Assembly (NCBI GenBank): GCA_010405405.1
Contig: MU004234.1
Span: 66,671 to 105,152, forward strand
Length of the DNA: 38,482 nucleotides
Source of the DNA: Microthyrium microscopicum
Lineage: Eukaryota
Direction of reading: 5' to 3'
Shown in pieces: positions 25,009 through 37,760 of this stretch; position 1 is the stretch's first letter; each line of letters starts with the position of its first letter. The notes under the pieces are model-generated. The model ran no database searches. It saw nothing but the letters and a program-made list of their open reading frames with translations, and was not told the DNA's origin. Both the position numbers and the translations under genes were made by a program.

Positions 25009-26191
25009 CTACCAATCTATAATATCTAAATCTTCCTATTCAAAGTCTACTTTATCTTCTTTATTAACGGTAGTAATAAAACTAGCGCTAAGATAAGAAG
25101 TATTTCCTAATTTGGAAATATAACCGTCTAGAGCCGTTTTAAAAGCTACTGGTTTTGGCTTTGCTAAAGCCTGTTTTTCTGCCTAAAAGAAATTAGCTAA
25201 AGTATTAAAATTAATAATAATTAGTAACTTACAATATAAGCTACATACTTAATAGCGGTAGCTACTTTTTTAGCCTTTTTAATAGCCTAATCGTTTGCTA
25301 CTTTATCTAAGTGCTTTTATTGTAATTTAGCTCTAAAAGCTACTCTTTTAGCTTTTATAGCTTCTTTTTTAGTAGCTTTTTAAGCTAAATGCTTTTTAGT
25401 AAGTATACAAAGAGCTTCTTAAATAGTTAGTTCTTAGGGTCTAAAAATAGGGCTTTTAGGACGACTATTATTTATTAGATATTAATTAATAAAATAATAG
25501 AATATAACTTACCTTAGGATCCTAAATTAAAAAGTACTAGTAGAAGGAGAAGATAGTTTATAACTAGGGCTTAGAGGAGATCTATTTAATAATTAGTTAT
25601 TAATTAATTAATTAATAAAATAAAGAAATATTACTTACTTTATAGCTTCTAGATACCTTTTAAGTTGCTTTTTAAAGGCTATTTTTAGCCCTAACTAATT
25701 TGTACTTAATACTAGTATATTAATTGTTTATTAACAACCTATACTAGTCTAAATTTAGACAGTAGTAGATAGAATAGGTATAGTAGTATCTACTTAATTA
25801 TATAGGAAGGTATAATTTATATTAATCTTACGTACTTCTAAAGCATAATATATAGTAAAAGTATAATTAAGATTAATTTCTTAGTAAAGTAGGTTATTTT
25901 TAATACTAAAATAGGTATATTTAAGTTTCTATTCGTCTATAAAGAAGACTATATAGCCTAAATAAGGGCTATTAATAGCGCTATCCCTTTTTAGGATAAA
26001 GATTTCAAGATTAGATATTCTTTCGTTTAAAATTAAGGTATTTTAGTAGCCTAAAAACTCTGCTTAAAATCTTTAAGCTTTAATAAGCTACTTACGTAAG
26101 AAAGAACGCTCTATTAATATTAGTATTAGTTATATAAAGGGTTTAGTTACTTATTAATAGGTTTTATTGCATAGGGGTCTAGCTAAGGCAT
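25009..26191 (-). pseudogene. RIP-mutated multi-exon accessory gene of unknown function inside hAT-B (~327 aa reconstructed)
   Basis: Introns 25638-25582, 25512-25465 and 25232-25183 have GTAAGT donors, CTAAT-type branch sites and TAG acceptors and preserve one reading frame. Further introns at about 26154-26111 (donor ATAAGT) and 26256-26193 (5' UTR). Reads MP*LDPYAIKPIKRSFLRK...KEAIKAKRVAFRAKLQ...VDFE*EDLDIIDW-stop. Confidence 0.7.
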
Positions 26192-26376
26192 TCTAATTTA
26201 AAAAGTTAATAAAAGTAAAAAATAAAAAAATCTTTATAAAAATTAGAATAACTTACGAACTAGGCTAAGATAGGCTAAATAAAGACTATAGCTAGAAAGA
26301 GGAGGAAAAAAGGATATAAAAATAATATCTTTTAGATGCTAGCCATAGCTAGAAACTAAAAAGATAAAACTTTAAT

Positions 26377-26551
26377 AATTTAAGAAAGAAGAATTAAAAG
26401 AGAGGGAAGGGCAACTTATATAGAGATTTTAGATTAGACTAACTATATTCTAATTAGTTTAACTATATTTTAAGCTAGATTATAGTTAATCCGATCTAAA
26501 ATCTCTATATAAGGTACTCTTCTCTCTCTTTTAATTCTTCTTTCTTAAATT
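26377..26551. promoter_or_regulatory. Long inverted repeat (~79-bp arms, centre 26464), candidate symmetric bidirectional promoter
   Basis: 26377-26455 pairs with 26551-26473, with most mismatches being transitions. TATATAAG on the minus strand at 26415-26422 and on the plus strand at 26506-26513, each followed by a CT-rich tract. The repeat is directly visible; promoter function is inferred. Confidence 0.75.
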
Positions 26552-26559
26552 TTATAAAA

Positions 26560-27300
26560 AAATTACTTTTTAGAAATATATTCTAAAGTACTACTACTCT
26601 TAACTAGTTTATATATTATTATCCTTTTAGGGTATATATTCCTACTTTTTTTATAGATTTTTCTAGTAAGTTTTTTTTTTACTTTTTTTATTTTTTATCT
26701 AACTTTTTTTTTAGTTATTTAGTATATTACTAAGTAGTCTCTACTTTTTATTTCTATTTCTAGAAGTATAGAAAATACTTTTTTAAAGCTTTTTATAGCT
26801 TTTTTTAGTAAGTTTATTTTTTACTTTTTTTTACTTTTTTTTATTTTTTTACTATATTCTAATATTTAATTTAGGCTTCTTTTCTAGTAGTATTTCTACT
26901 TTATACTTTTAGTATTACTATTAGTAGTAAGTTATTTACTTATATTTTAGAAATATTTTACTAACTTTTATAATTTAGTTTATTACTATTTTTATTAGAG
27001 ATTATATTTATATTTTCTTTAATATTTCTTTATTCTATTTAAGATTTATCTTTATAGTATATACTATACGCTATTCTTTATTATTTAGCTAAAATAAAGT
27101 TTAAAAGCTATTATTATTTTATAATATAGTTTTTATTTTTTAATTTCTACTTAAGTTTTCTATAACTTAGTTATTTATTAGCTATTTTATAGACTCTTTA
27201 TTATCTTAATCTATCTTTATAGTATTCTCTAGTTTACTAGAGTTATTATATTATATCTTTCTATATTCTATATAGATTTATATTAAAAAACTAAAAAAAT
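26560..27300 (+). other. Putative spliced plus-strand unit with three introns (T-rich exons; long transposase 5' UTR, ncRNA or small hydrophobic ORF)
   Basis: GTAAGT...CTAAC/CTAAT...TAG introns at 26666-26714, 26808-26874 and 26927-26978. Confidence 0.55.
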
Positions 27301-29300
27301 AAAAAATAATAAAAAAATATTTCTTTTTTGTTTTTATTTACTTCTTACTTAGTTGTACTATTTAAGACTAGTAAAATTTGTACTATCTACTTTCGTATAT
27401 TTCTAATAGATCTATGAATTTAGAATTCCTTATCTAGCTCTAGATTTTAATCTAGAAATAAAAGAAGTACCTAGATTTATATTCTCTATTTATTATATAA
27501 AATAAGTAATATTAATAATTTAGAAATAAATAATAATAATTCTAATCTTAATCTACCTAATACTTAGCCTGCTAGCTAACTATCTAATTTAGATACTAGT
27601 ATAGGTCCTTCTAATAGTACTTCTTAAGTTACTGTTAGATTAAATAAATATAGAGGTAATAAATATAATAAATCTACTTATAGATTAAATGATAGTAGCC
27701 CTAGTGCTACTTATATCTTTAAATATGGTTTATTTACTAGAGAACTATTACCTATTAATTTTAATAAATCTAGAGAGTTTAAAATAACTTATTCTCTTTG
27801 CTTATCTAATTATGAAAGAATTGTTCCTTTTAAGGATTTTTTAACTTCTAATTTTGCTATATATTATAGAAGACATTATCCTACTATAGCTACTAGATAA
27901 GAAGAATATAATACTAAATAGACTATAGAAGACTATAATATAGAATAAGCATTAATTACTAGCTCTATTAATAATCCAAATATTTCTATTATCTCTCTAT
28001 TTACTAGAGTAGCTAGTAGTCTAGATACTAGAAAACGTATAAGATCTAGTACTAATTATGAGTTTCTATAAGAAGAAGCTCTATATTTAATTCTAGCTTT
28101 TATTATAGATAATAATCTATCTTTTAATATCTTAGATTCTTAATCTTTTAGAGACCTATTAGAATATTATAATTATAATACGCCTAAAGCTAACTATAAT
28201 AACGTTAAAAAGCTATTAGATACAACGTTTAACGACTCTCTTAAAATATTTAGATTAGAAGTTAAATAAGTAATAAAAAATAGAAATTACTTCTCTATTA
28301 CTTTAAATGCTTAGATAGCTAGTAATTAAACTACCTTTTTAGGTATAATATTAATATATATTAATAATAATACAAAATTACAATATAAGTTAATAAGATT
28401 TAAAGAGTTAACTAAAAGCTATACTAGTATTTATATTTCTTAAGTATTTAATACTTATTTAATTAATTATAGTCTAGATATTTCAAATATTATTAGTATT
28501 ACTAGAGATAATGCTAGTAATAATAATACTCTAGTAGATTAATTAAAACTTAAAGCGTTTTCTAGAGACTCTATAAGTTTTTATAATATTTGTTATACTA
28601 CTTATATTATTAATTTAGTAGCTAAAGAAGTATTAAAACGTTTTCTAGCTTCTTATGATATAGAAGTTAATTTAATAGCTTATATTAATACGCTATTAAA
28701 TTTAGAAGATAATAACGATGAAGAAGATAATATAGAAAGTAAAGATAGTACTAAGCCTTTAGGTTTAATACAAAAAGTAAGAAGAATTATTACTTCTATT
28801 AAATACGTAGGAGTTTATAAAAGATTATTTATTATTAGTCTACGTATTTACCGTCGTAATAGCGAGATTCCTATTACTACTAAGATTAATAAAGTAGCTT
28901 TAGATAATGATACTAGATAGAATTCTACTTATTATACTCTTAATTCTTTTATTCTTCTTAAAAAATGTATTTTATATATTTTTAATAATATAACTAAGCA
29001 AAAGTTTAGAAATTAATTATTATTAACTAATAGCAATTAGCACGTATTAGTTACTTTAAGAGATATATTAAATTACTTTGTTTATCCTTCTACTAAGCTA
29101 TAAGGTCAAATTTATAGTACAATTAATTAGACTTTATTATATATTTACTAATTATTTTAGTAGCTAGAAGAGAAGAAGTATTTAATAGAAAATAATTTAG
29201 ATTCTTTATCTAGTTACGAAGAAAAGAAGTTTTTTATTAAAGCTATAAATCTAGCTATTAATAAGCTAGATAAATATTATAAAAGGAATATAACTACGTC

Positions 29301-29568
29301 TATTAGAAACGGGTCGTTCTAAGTAGGTAAAGACTATAATTATTACGGTTTAAGTAGATATATAAAAATAGAGACGAGAGTAATTGCTAGGAAGTTACTT
29401 AGACCTCTATAATCTTTCTTCTTTATTACCTAGAGCTATAAGGACTCTACTAAGCTATCTATATTTATAATAGGTCGTTATTAGTTAACCTAACTAATAA
29501 TGCTTCATTCTATGTAGACGTATCTTATTAGTAATTATCTTAAACTAAAGGTATCCTAGTTCCTAATA
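29301..29568 (-). repeat. Gypsy 3' LTR (268 bp)
   Basis: TATTAGAA...CCTAATA; direct repeat of 37761-38028. Confidence 0.95.
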
Positions 29569-30399
29569 TTATCCTCCTTCTTAAGGCTATTTATCCTAAA
29601 GAGCATATTTAAAGGTTCTAATAGATATTTCTTATGCTTATTTATAGCTTTTAACTATACTCTATTATACTAAGACTTAGGAGAGGATAAGGCTTAACTA
29701 AACGTATAGAATTAAGTTATTTATATCTTAGAGAGTCTTCTATAGCCTAGTAATATTTTTATTCTTTAGCTTTAGTATATTACTTATTTAAGATAGATAG
29801 CTCTCTATTTTTTATCTACTCTAGATAAATAGCTCTCTATTTTCTACTAGTCTTAGGCTATAATTAACTATATTAACTTAAACTTAAAGAAGTCTAGTTA
29901 TTAAGGTCTAATATATTAGTAGGATATTTAATAAGTAGTTAATAGCTCTATTAGGGTCTTAATTAGTTAATACTAGCTTTATTAGAGCTAAATTAACCTA
30001 TTTATAAATATAGCGTAGTACTACTATTTATATTTAATTAGATCTTATTAAAATACTACTAGATAATTATTCTATATATAGTATAGGTTATCTAGTTATT
30101 AAAATATATATAGTTTAACTTAATTAGTTATACTATATTAAATATACTAAGTTTATATTAGTTTAGTATAATTAGCTTTATAATAGGTTAAGTAGTTATA
30201 ACTTATATATAAAACTACTTTATAAGCCTTATTTAGCTCTAGATTAAAAGCATATTTTAACCCTATTTTATGTTAAAAAGGGTTCTTAAAAGGGTACTCC
30301 TTATATACGTATTTTAACGCTTCTTACGTCTAATTAAGAATTATTTTACGTTATTTATAATAAGGTATTTAAATCCTTACTTAAAAGTTTAGAAACTCT

Positions 30400-32190
30400 A
30401 AGGCTAAGATTATACTTTCCTATTTAGGAAGTTATAACCTCTTTAAGTACTTACTATACTATGCGCAACTTTCTTTTATTATAAGAAGCTCTTATAAGTC
30501 TTTACTAAGTACTATTACGTTAATACTTAGCTATTTTAAAAAGATAAAAAGATTTAAGTATAAAATAACCCTTCTTACTCTAAATTCTTTATTTCTTATC
30601 TTTTATACTCTAAATCTTAAGGTAAGTAGAAATTCTATAGTTTTATAAATATACGTAAAGATTACTATTACTAACTTATTTTACGTTATAGGTTCCTTTC
30701 TAGTAACTATAAATTTTCTCTTCTTAGTTATTAAGCTACTTAGCACCTTTTTAAGTCCTCTTAACCTATTTTAGTATACTTTATACCCTTCTAACCTTTA
30801 ATAACTTATCTTAACTAACCTATATACTTTTAAACCTATCTTTATTTAAAGTAAATATTAATATAAATAAGTTACTTAAAGATTCTATTAAAGGCTCTTA
30901 GGTTCTTATTAAGAATAACTTTAACTCTAGTAAGACTATAGTAACTATTCCTACTAGTAATAATATTATTACGTCCTATAATAACTAAATCTTAACTACT
31001 AATATTATAGACTTTACTAAAATAGTCTTTAAGAATAAGATAGAGTAGAAATATGCTAATAAGAATATTATAGCCTTACTTAGCTNNNNNNNNNNATTTC
31101 CTTTCTTCTTTAACTACTAAACTCTATCTTATTTCTAACTTAAAATATTATTATACTTAGTAAGTTAGTTTAAGTAAGTACTTTATTAAATGCCTTAATA
31201 TAAAGTTAACTAAGAATTATTTAGAGATAATATCTTATTCTAGCTTATTTTATATTACATTATACTAATATAGGTAAGTTATTCCTTATTAGAACCTTTA
31301 TAATAAAGCTAAGCTTATCTTAGTCTATATTATAATTAATAAAGTTATTTATACTCTTAAGAATAATTCTTAGAATAAATTATCTTATAAAGATAAGTAT
31401 ATACTTTATAGTAGTATTTAGTACGTTTATAAGTACGTAGTAACTCTTTATAAGTTATAAGTACTTATTTTAACTAATTCTAGTCTAGTTTTATATATTT
31501 AGACGCTAATTAGTTTATAGTTATATATTTAAGTAGCTAGTAACTAATTTCTTCTTATTATACTCTAGTATTACTAAGGGTAGCTTTTACGTAACCTATG
31601 CGCTTATTAACTACTATATAGGTACTAAAGCTACTTAAAAGCTAGCAAATAATAGCCTTTTAGAATTAGAGAAGCATATTATAACTTATCTAGCTCTCTT
31701 AGCTACTAATATCTAATTCTATTCTTCTAAGCGCTTTAAGCGCTATAATATACTATATTCTTAGCATTAGGACTTTTACTATATTATTAGTCCTTAAAGA
31801 CCTAACTTATCTTAGATAAATCTTTTTATATCTATAATAAGTTACTTTATATCTAACTATCCTATAGTAACTTACTAATGCTAAGAATAATCTAAGTAGC
31901 ATCTTTATAAACTCTTAAGCGCTTCTTAAGCACTATAAAGCTTATTTTAGCATTTCTAAACGCTAAAAGGTTAAGGCCTATATTAAAAAGGCTATTAAGG
32001 TCTTCTATAAGAATAATTATACTAATAAAGACTATTCTAAAGTTAAGGCTATAAGTCCTACTATAAAAAAGCGTAAGATAGGCTAGGTAGCTTCTTCTTA
32101 AGTTAAAATAAAGTTAAATAGGTTATCTTAAGTCTTTTAGAATTTAGTATTATCTATACTTAGCCTTAATTAGCTAAGTAAGGCTATTTT
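30400..32190 (+). pseudogene. Putative spliced antisense accessory gene in the Gypsy 3' region (boundaries approximate)
   Basis: Plus-strand intron-like segments 30622-30691, about 31160/31174-31224, 31274-31323 and 31816-31867. Coding-like frames at 31561-31815 and 31868-32190 are joined in phase by the last intron. Confidence 0.45.
31086..31095. other. Assembly gap (10 N)
   Basis: Run of n characters; true length unknown. Confidence 1.
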
Positions 32191-32749
32191 TTATTATATT
32201 AAGTTATTTTGTGTTTCTTAAAAATAGATTAGTTAATAGATACCCTTCTAGAACTTCCTAAAGATAGGTTTATTAATAGATACCTTTATAGAACTATTAT
32301 ATAGCTAATTTAACTTTTAGTTAGAAATTACTTATTCTTTTATATATTTTCTAATATATATTTTAATTCTATTTTATATTATAAAGAGTTCTTAAAGAAA
32401 TACCCTTTATATATATATAGAGACTTATTTTACGTATTATTTTAAGTTATTTTATATATTTATAACTTAGTAGTTTTCCTATATATTTATTATCTAGTAC
32501 TATTTTTAAGTTACTTTAAGTTAATTTATTATAATATACGTATAAGAAGATTAATTTAGATTCTAATTAGTAAAAAAATTATAAAGTAACTATCTTTCTT
32601 TTTTAAAAGCTCGTCTTAAGTCTTTTAAGTCTTCTTTAGTCTTCCTAGCTATCTTTTTAGTCTTATAGGGTTAAGATCTATTAACTTATCTATAATATTA
32701 TCTAGATATATTATTTTATATTTAACTACTCCTTTAATTATACTTATTA

Positions 32750-35700
32750 CTAGTATAATGCCTTTCTTAGCTAACTTTATATAATAGTACTTTAAAGTAG
32801 TTAAAGAAAGGTTAGCTATAAGCTTCTAGGTTAATTTAGACTCTAAGTAATCTTTTTATTTTATAAGATAGTAATATTTACTCTTTTTATCTACTATATA
32901 CTTTATTACTCTCTTTATATTATATATATCTAGGTCTTCTAGGTTTAAAGAATCCTATAGTAATATAGACTTTTATAAAAAGTAAGGGTTTAGCTTATAT
33001 AGCTTTAATAAAGAAATATAGAATATATTATAGACTTATATATTCTTTAGGAGATTAAGCTAGTAAGTATTAGTATTTATAACCTTTATAATCTTAAAAG
33101 GACCTATATACTTAATATTAAGCTTCTTCTTAACGTAAGTAGTCTAAATATTCTTTATATTAAGTAGGACTTAGTTACTAATATTTAAATAAATGTTCTT
33201 TTTTCCTTTATTATACTAGTTAGCTTAGTATAGCTATACTTTAGCTAATTTATTCCTTATTATATATTATAAAGATAGAATATAATTTACTATTCCTTTA
33301 GCGTTAGGTATAATACTTTTTAATAGCGTTTTAGCTAATTTAAAAGTATAGGAGTTTCTTCTAGTATATATAATAAAAAGAGTAACCCTAATTAATAAGT
33401 AAATACTATTATTATAGTTAAACTTAGCTAAACTAAGCTATCTTATTTAATTATTTTATTTCTAATACCTATAAATCTATAAGTAGTACTTAACTTCCTA
33501 GTTTAAGTACTTTATTTAACTATTAGTCTATAAATAGAATACTATTAAGAGCTTTCTAAGAATAGAAAGGTAATAAAGGAACGTTTTCTAGTACTTAGAA
33601 ATAAAGAAAGGTCCTTAATTAAATATAATAGTATAAAGTATACTATATAGGTATATAACCTCTTATAAGAAGATCTTAGTAAAGTCTTTTACGTCTATAT
33701 CCTTTTTTATTAAAATATAGTAAGCTATTTTAGTTAATTTATTAATAACTATTATAATAGAGTTATAGGTTTAACTATTATAAATATTTAGAGGCAAATC
33801 TATAATAAAATCTATAGTAATATCCTCTTATAGTGCTTCTAAGACTAGTAAGGCTATTAGTAACTCTTTCTAGACTTATCTAATAGATTTATTATATTAA
33901 TAGTTAAGGTAAGCCTTATAATAGTTCTTAATATTCTTCTAGATGTAGTTTTAAGTATAGTAGCGCTTAATCTTCTTAAGTATCTTCTTTAACCCTTTAT
34001 AACTATCTTCTATAGTATTATTATAGAACCTTTATAGAATTTTCTTCTTTTATAACTCTTCCTTAATAAAAATAAGATTTCTACTTATCTATTTAGCTTT
34101 ATCTAAGTTATTCTTAGCTAGAAGAAGTTTATTAATAGCTAAAATCTTACTAGAGCTTATTTTTAGATACTTCTAAGTCTTAATAAGCTTATCTTAACTT
34201 CTCTTAAGTTAGTTTATAGTAGGATACTATATATTAATACTAATATATATAATAATAAAGTCTATAAGTTTAATAGTGTTAGTTTTAGCTATAAGAGTAT
34301 TATTAAGCTATAACTTATTATAGAGTAGGTTAAGTAACGCTTCTATAGTCTTTTTCTATTCTCTTTAGCCTTCTTTAATATAGTCTAGACGTCTTAAAGG
34401 TTTATTAGCTAGATTTATTTTATCTAGGTAATGCTTAATATTAAAATTATATTCTAAGAGTAAATCTACTTACCTTATATATATTAATAATATTTTTAGT
34501 ATTATTTTAAGTAATTTAAGGTTTATATAGTCTATTAAGACCTAAAATTAATCTAGTAAGCTTTATAAGTACTTTCTAAATACTTTTAAGGAATTTATAA
34601 TTACTAAGAACTCCTATTATAAAGTCTTATAGTAACTCTCTAGTAGAGATAATTTCTAAGAATAGAATATAATAAGTTTCTATAGGCTATCCTAGCCCTT
34701 ATTACGTTATCTTTAGCTTAATATTCTATAAATTATTCTTCTAAAGGTATTAGTTTCTAACTATATAGAAAGCGTAGAGTTAAAATAAGCTAAAATTAGT
34801 ATATTTATAAAAGAATCTTTTAATTTATTAAAAGAATCTAAGGCGTCTAGTAGTAATTTAATATCTATAGACTTCTCCTATTATAGCTTTAGGCCTTTTA
34901 GGGCCTAACTTAGTTCTTTCTAAGTTAAAGCGTTTAGTAGTATAGTAATATAAAAGAATCTAGCAATAAACTAATAATAGTAATTTATAAAGCTAATAAA
35001 TTCTTTTACTTAGTATATATTACATAGTTTTAGTTAATCTAGGTATATATTAACTTATAACTAATTTATAGTAGTACTATCTAGAGTTATAACGTAACTT
35101 AGATACTTTATACTACTAGTATAAAACTTATACTTAAATAGTTTTATGTATAAATAATACTCTATAAGTTACTATAAAACTTCTTAAACGTTTTTAATAT
35201 ATTACTCCTTAGTTTTAGAGTAAATAAGAATATTATTAAAGTAAATAATATATATTACGTCTACTAAGCTTCTTAATACTTAGTTAATATATACTTAGAA
35301 GGCTATAGAAGTATTTATAAGTCTAAATAAAACTACTATATACTTAAATATCCTATATTTAGTCCTAAATATAGTCTTCTACTTATTACTATCTTTAATA
35401 CGTAAATAGTAGTAAGCTTTATATAAGTTAAGGCTAATAAAGAACTTAATGCCTTAAAGTCTATCTAAAGACTTCTTAATAAGAAGTAATACGTACTAAT
35501 CTTTAATAGTAATATTATTTAGGCCTTAGTAGTCTATATAGAGTTATAATATCCTATCTTTCTTCTTTACGAAAAAGATAAAGGCTTTAGTAAGAGATCT
35601 TAACTTCTAAATCTAACTTCTTATAAAGTAAGTATCTAAGTACTTACGTAGAATAACTAACTTAGCCTCTAAGAGGCTATAAATAAGTCTATATAGTACT

Positions 35701-37700
35701 ATAGTACCTAGCTCTAAGTTAATCTTAAGGTCTTATAAACTATATTAGGCTAGTTTAAGTATATCTTACTTACTAAAAGCTTTAATAAACTATAAATACT
35801 TACTTAGGAGCTTTTTTATAAATAAATTTAGGTCTAGTAACTTAACTAGATAATTAAATAGTTAGAATAAACTATTCTAAGCTAACTTAGAGAACTTATT
35901 AGCGTTTATAGTTCCTATTTTACTATAAAAGCTACTAAAAAGTTACTTCTATGTAAGAGTTTTATTCTTAAAGTTTAAAAAAGAATTCTACTTTTCTAAC
36001 TAGGGTATTCTTATAATAATAGAGTAATATAGAGAGTTTATAATATAAAATAACCTTATCTTAGTCTTAAGGAAGTTATTTAAGTTAACTATTATTACTA
36101 TAGCTTCTATAACTCTATAAATTTATATAGAAGTACTATTTAGGTATATTATAAGTATCTTAAAAAGAAAAGTAATATAGAGCTAAAGTCTTTTAGCTAG
36201 CTTAACGTCTATAACGTTAAAGTATAACCTATAATTAACTATAATATCTAGAGATAAGGCTTTTTAGCTCTTATTATCTCTTAGACTTCCTTATAGACAT
36301 ATTTACTTTAACTTTAGTCTTATAAAGTCTACCTTACTAGGTAAGTTATTATTCTTAGCCCTTAACGTCTTTAGAATGTATATAATAATAGTCTTATAGA
36401 GCTATTTAGCGCTAAGCTAAGCTATTTTATTAATAAGAGAAGCTACTAAGTTCTAGTCTATAACTTTATAGCCTTATCTTTCTTTTATAGCTTAGGGTAT
36501 TCTATTTTAAAGTAGAATCTACTATATTTAAAGTATTTAACTTTTTTTAGATTAGACTCTAATAGAATATCTATATTTTAAGTTATTTTAAGCGTAGCCT
36601 ATTCTACTTTATTATTCTTTAAAGAGTAAAAGGACTTTCTAGGTATTCTTAGTTCTTTTAAGTCCTTCTTATACTTATACTTATTTCCTAAGAAGCGTAA
36701 GTATTATTTTAGAAAAAGTTATTCTAAGTTTACCTTTTTAGGAATAGAATAAGCTTTAGCCTTTATAGAGCTAGAAGTTTAGTATAAGTTAGCTTTTTTA
36801 AGGGCCTTTTTAACTATAGTAGTAGTAAACTTCTTATTAAAGAGAATCTTTTTCTATATATTTTTAGGAAGGCCTTTATAGAACTAAAAGAAATAATCTT
36901 TTTAGTTATTATATCTCTATTCCTTTTATAACTTAAGGAGGTTATTATAAAGCTTTTATAAGTAGTATTAACTTAATTTAACTATCTAGGACTTCTTAAA
37001 AGTAATATATTCTTACTTTATAAAGTAGCTTAAATAGCCTAGTATATAGTCTTAGACTACTTACTATATTTTTTAGAATTCTAAGTCCTAAGACTCTTTA
37101 TAAAAGATAAGATTATCTAATCCTATCTATAATAGCTCTTTCTTAAGCTAATTATATCTATAAATATACTAGTAAAGTTATTAGTTATAAGTATTCTTCT
37201 AATAAAAGAATTTAATAAACTTCTATTTAACGTTATTAACCTAAAATATATATTTTTAAAGACTCTTTCTTTTATAAGGCTCTATCTTAAGCCTATCTTA
37301 GTTTAAAGGTCCTAAAAAGGTAAGAGCTTAGCTTAAAAGACGCTAATTAAGTCTTATTATGTTAACTTAGCTAAAGTTCTTTAACTTTTAGGTAGTTTTA
37401 AGCTTACTAGACTAAATTGTCCTAGCTTTTGCTATTAGCTTTTATATCTTAAGCTTTAGCTTCTTTTTATTAATAAGTATATTAAGTTCCTCCTTATAGC
37501 GCGTTATAAAGTTATTTTAAGTCTCTTTAGGTCTAAGTAAGTTAGAATTAGCTAGTTTAATATTAAATAAGTTTAATAGACCTCTAAATATATTAGTTTA
37601 GAGCATAATAAATACTAGTAACCCTTAGCCTAATAGTTAAGGCTACCTAAGTCTTATCTAGGTGCTAAGGTCTAAATATCTACTATTAGATATAGTTTTT
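32750..37700 (-). pseudogene. Gypsy gag-pol remnant with chromodomain (boundaries approximate)
   Basis: YFKYSRFYFKIEYP (RIP-mutated CCHC knuckle, ~36495-36540), IFFVKKKDRIL*LYIDY*GLN (~35520-35580), IIYFNNILIYS (YLDD, ~35220-35250), ITIDFIIDLP integrase (~33795-33825), YIGPFKI (~33030-33050), YLIK*KDYLESKLT*KLIANL chromodomain (~32810-32870). Confidence 0.92.
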
Positions 37701-37760
37701 AATTAGATAAAAAATAAAAATAATTTCTTTAGGTACTTAAGGATTAAAAAGTAATTACTA

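Noticed and set aside
26257..26346. Apparent signal peptide MASI*KILFLYPFFLLFLAIVFI*PILA for the hAT-B accessory gene
   Set aside because: Its phase does not connect to the downstream exon frame with either candidate donor, and CT-rich UTR sequence translates as hydrophobic by chance. Treated as 5' UTR.
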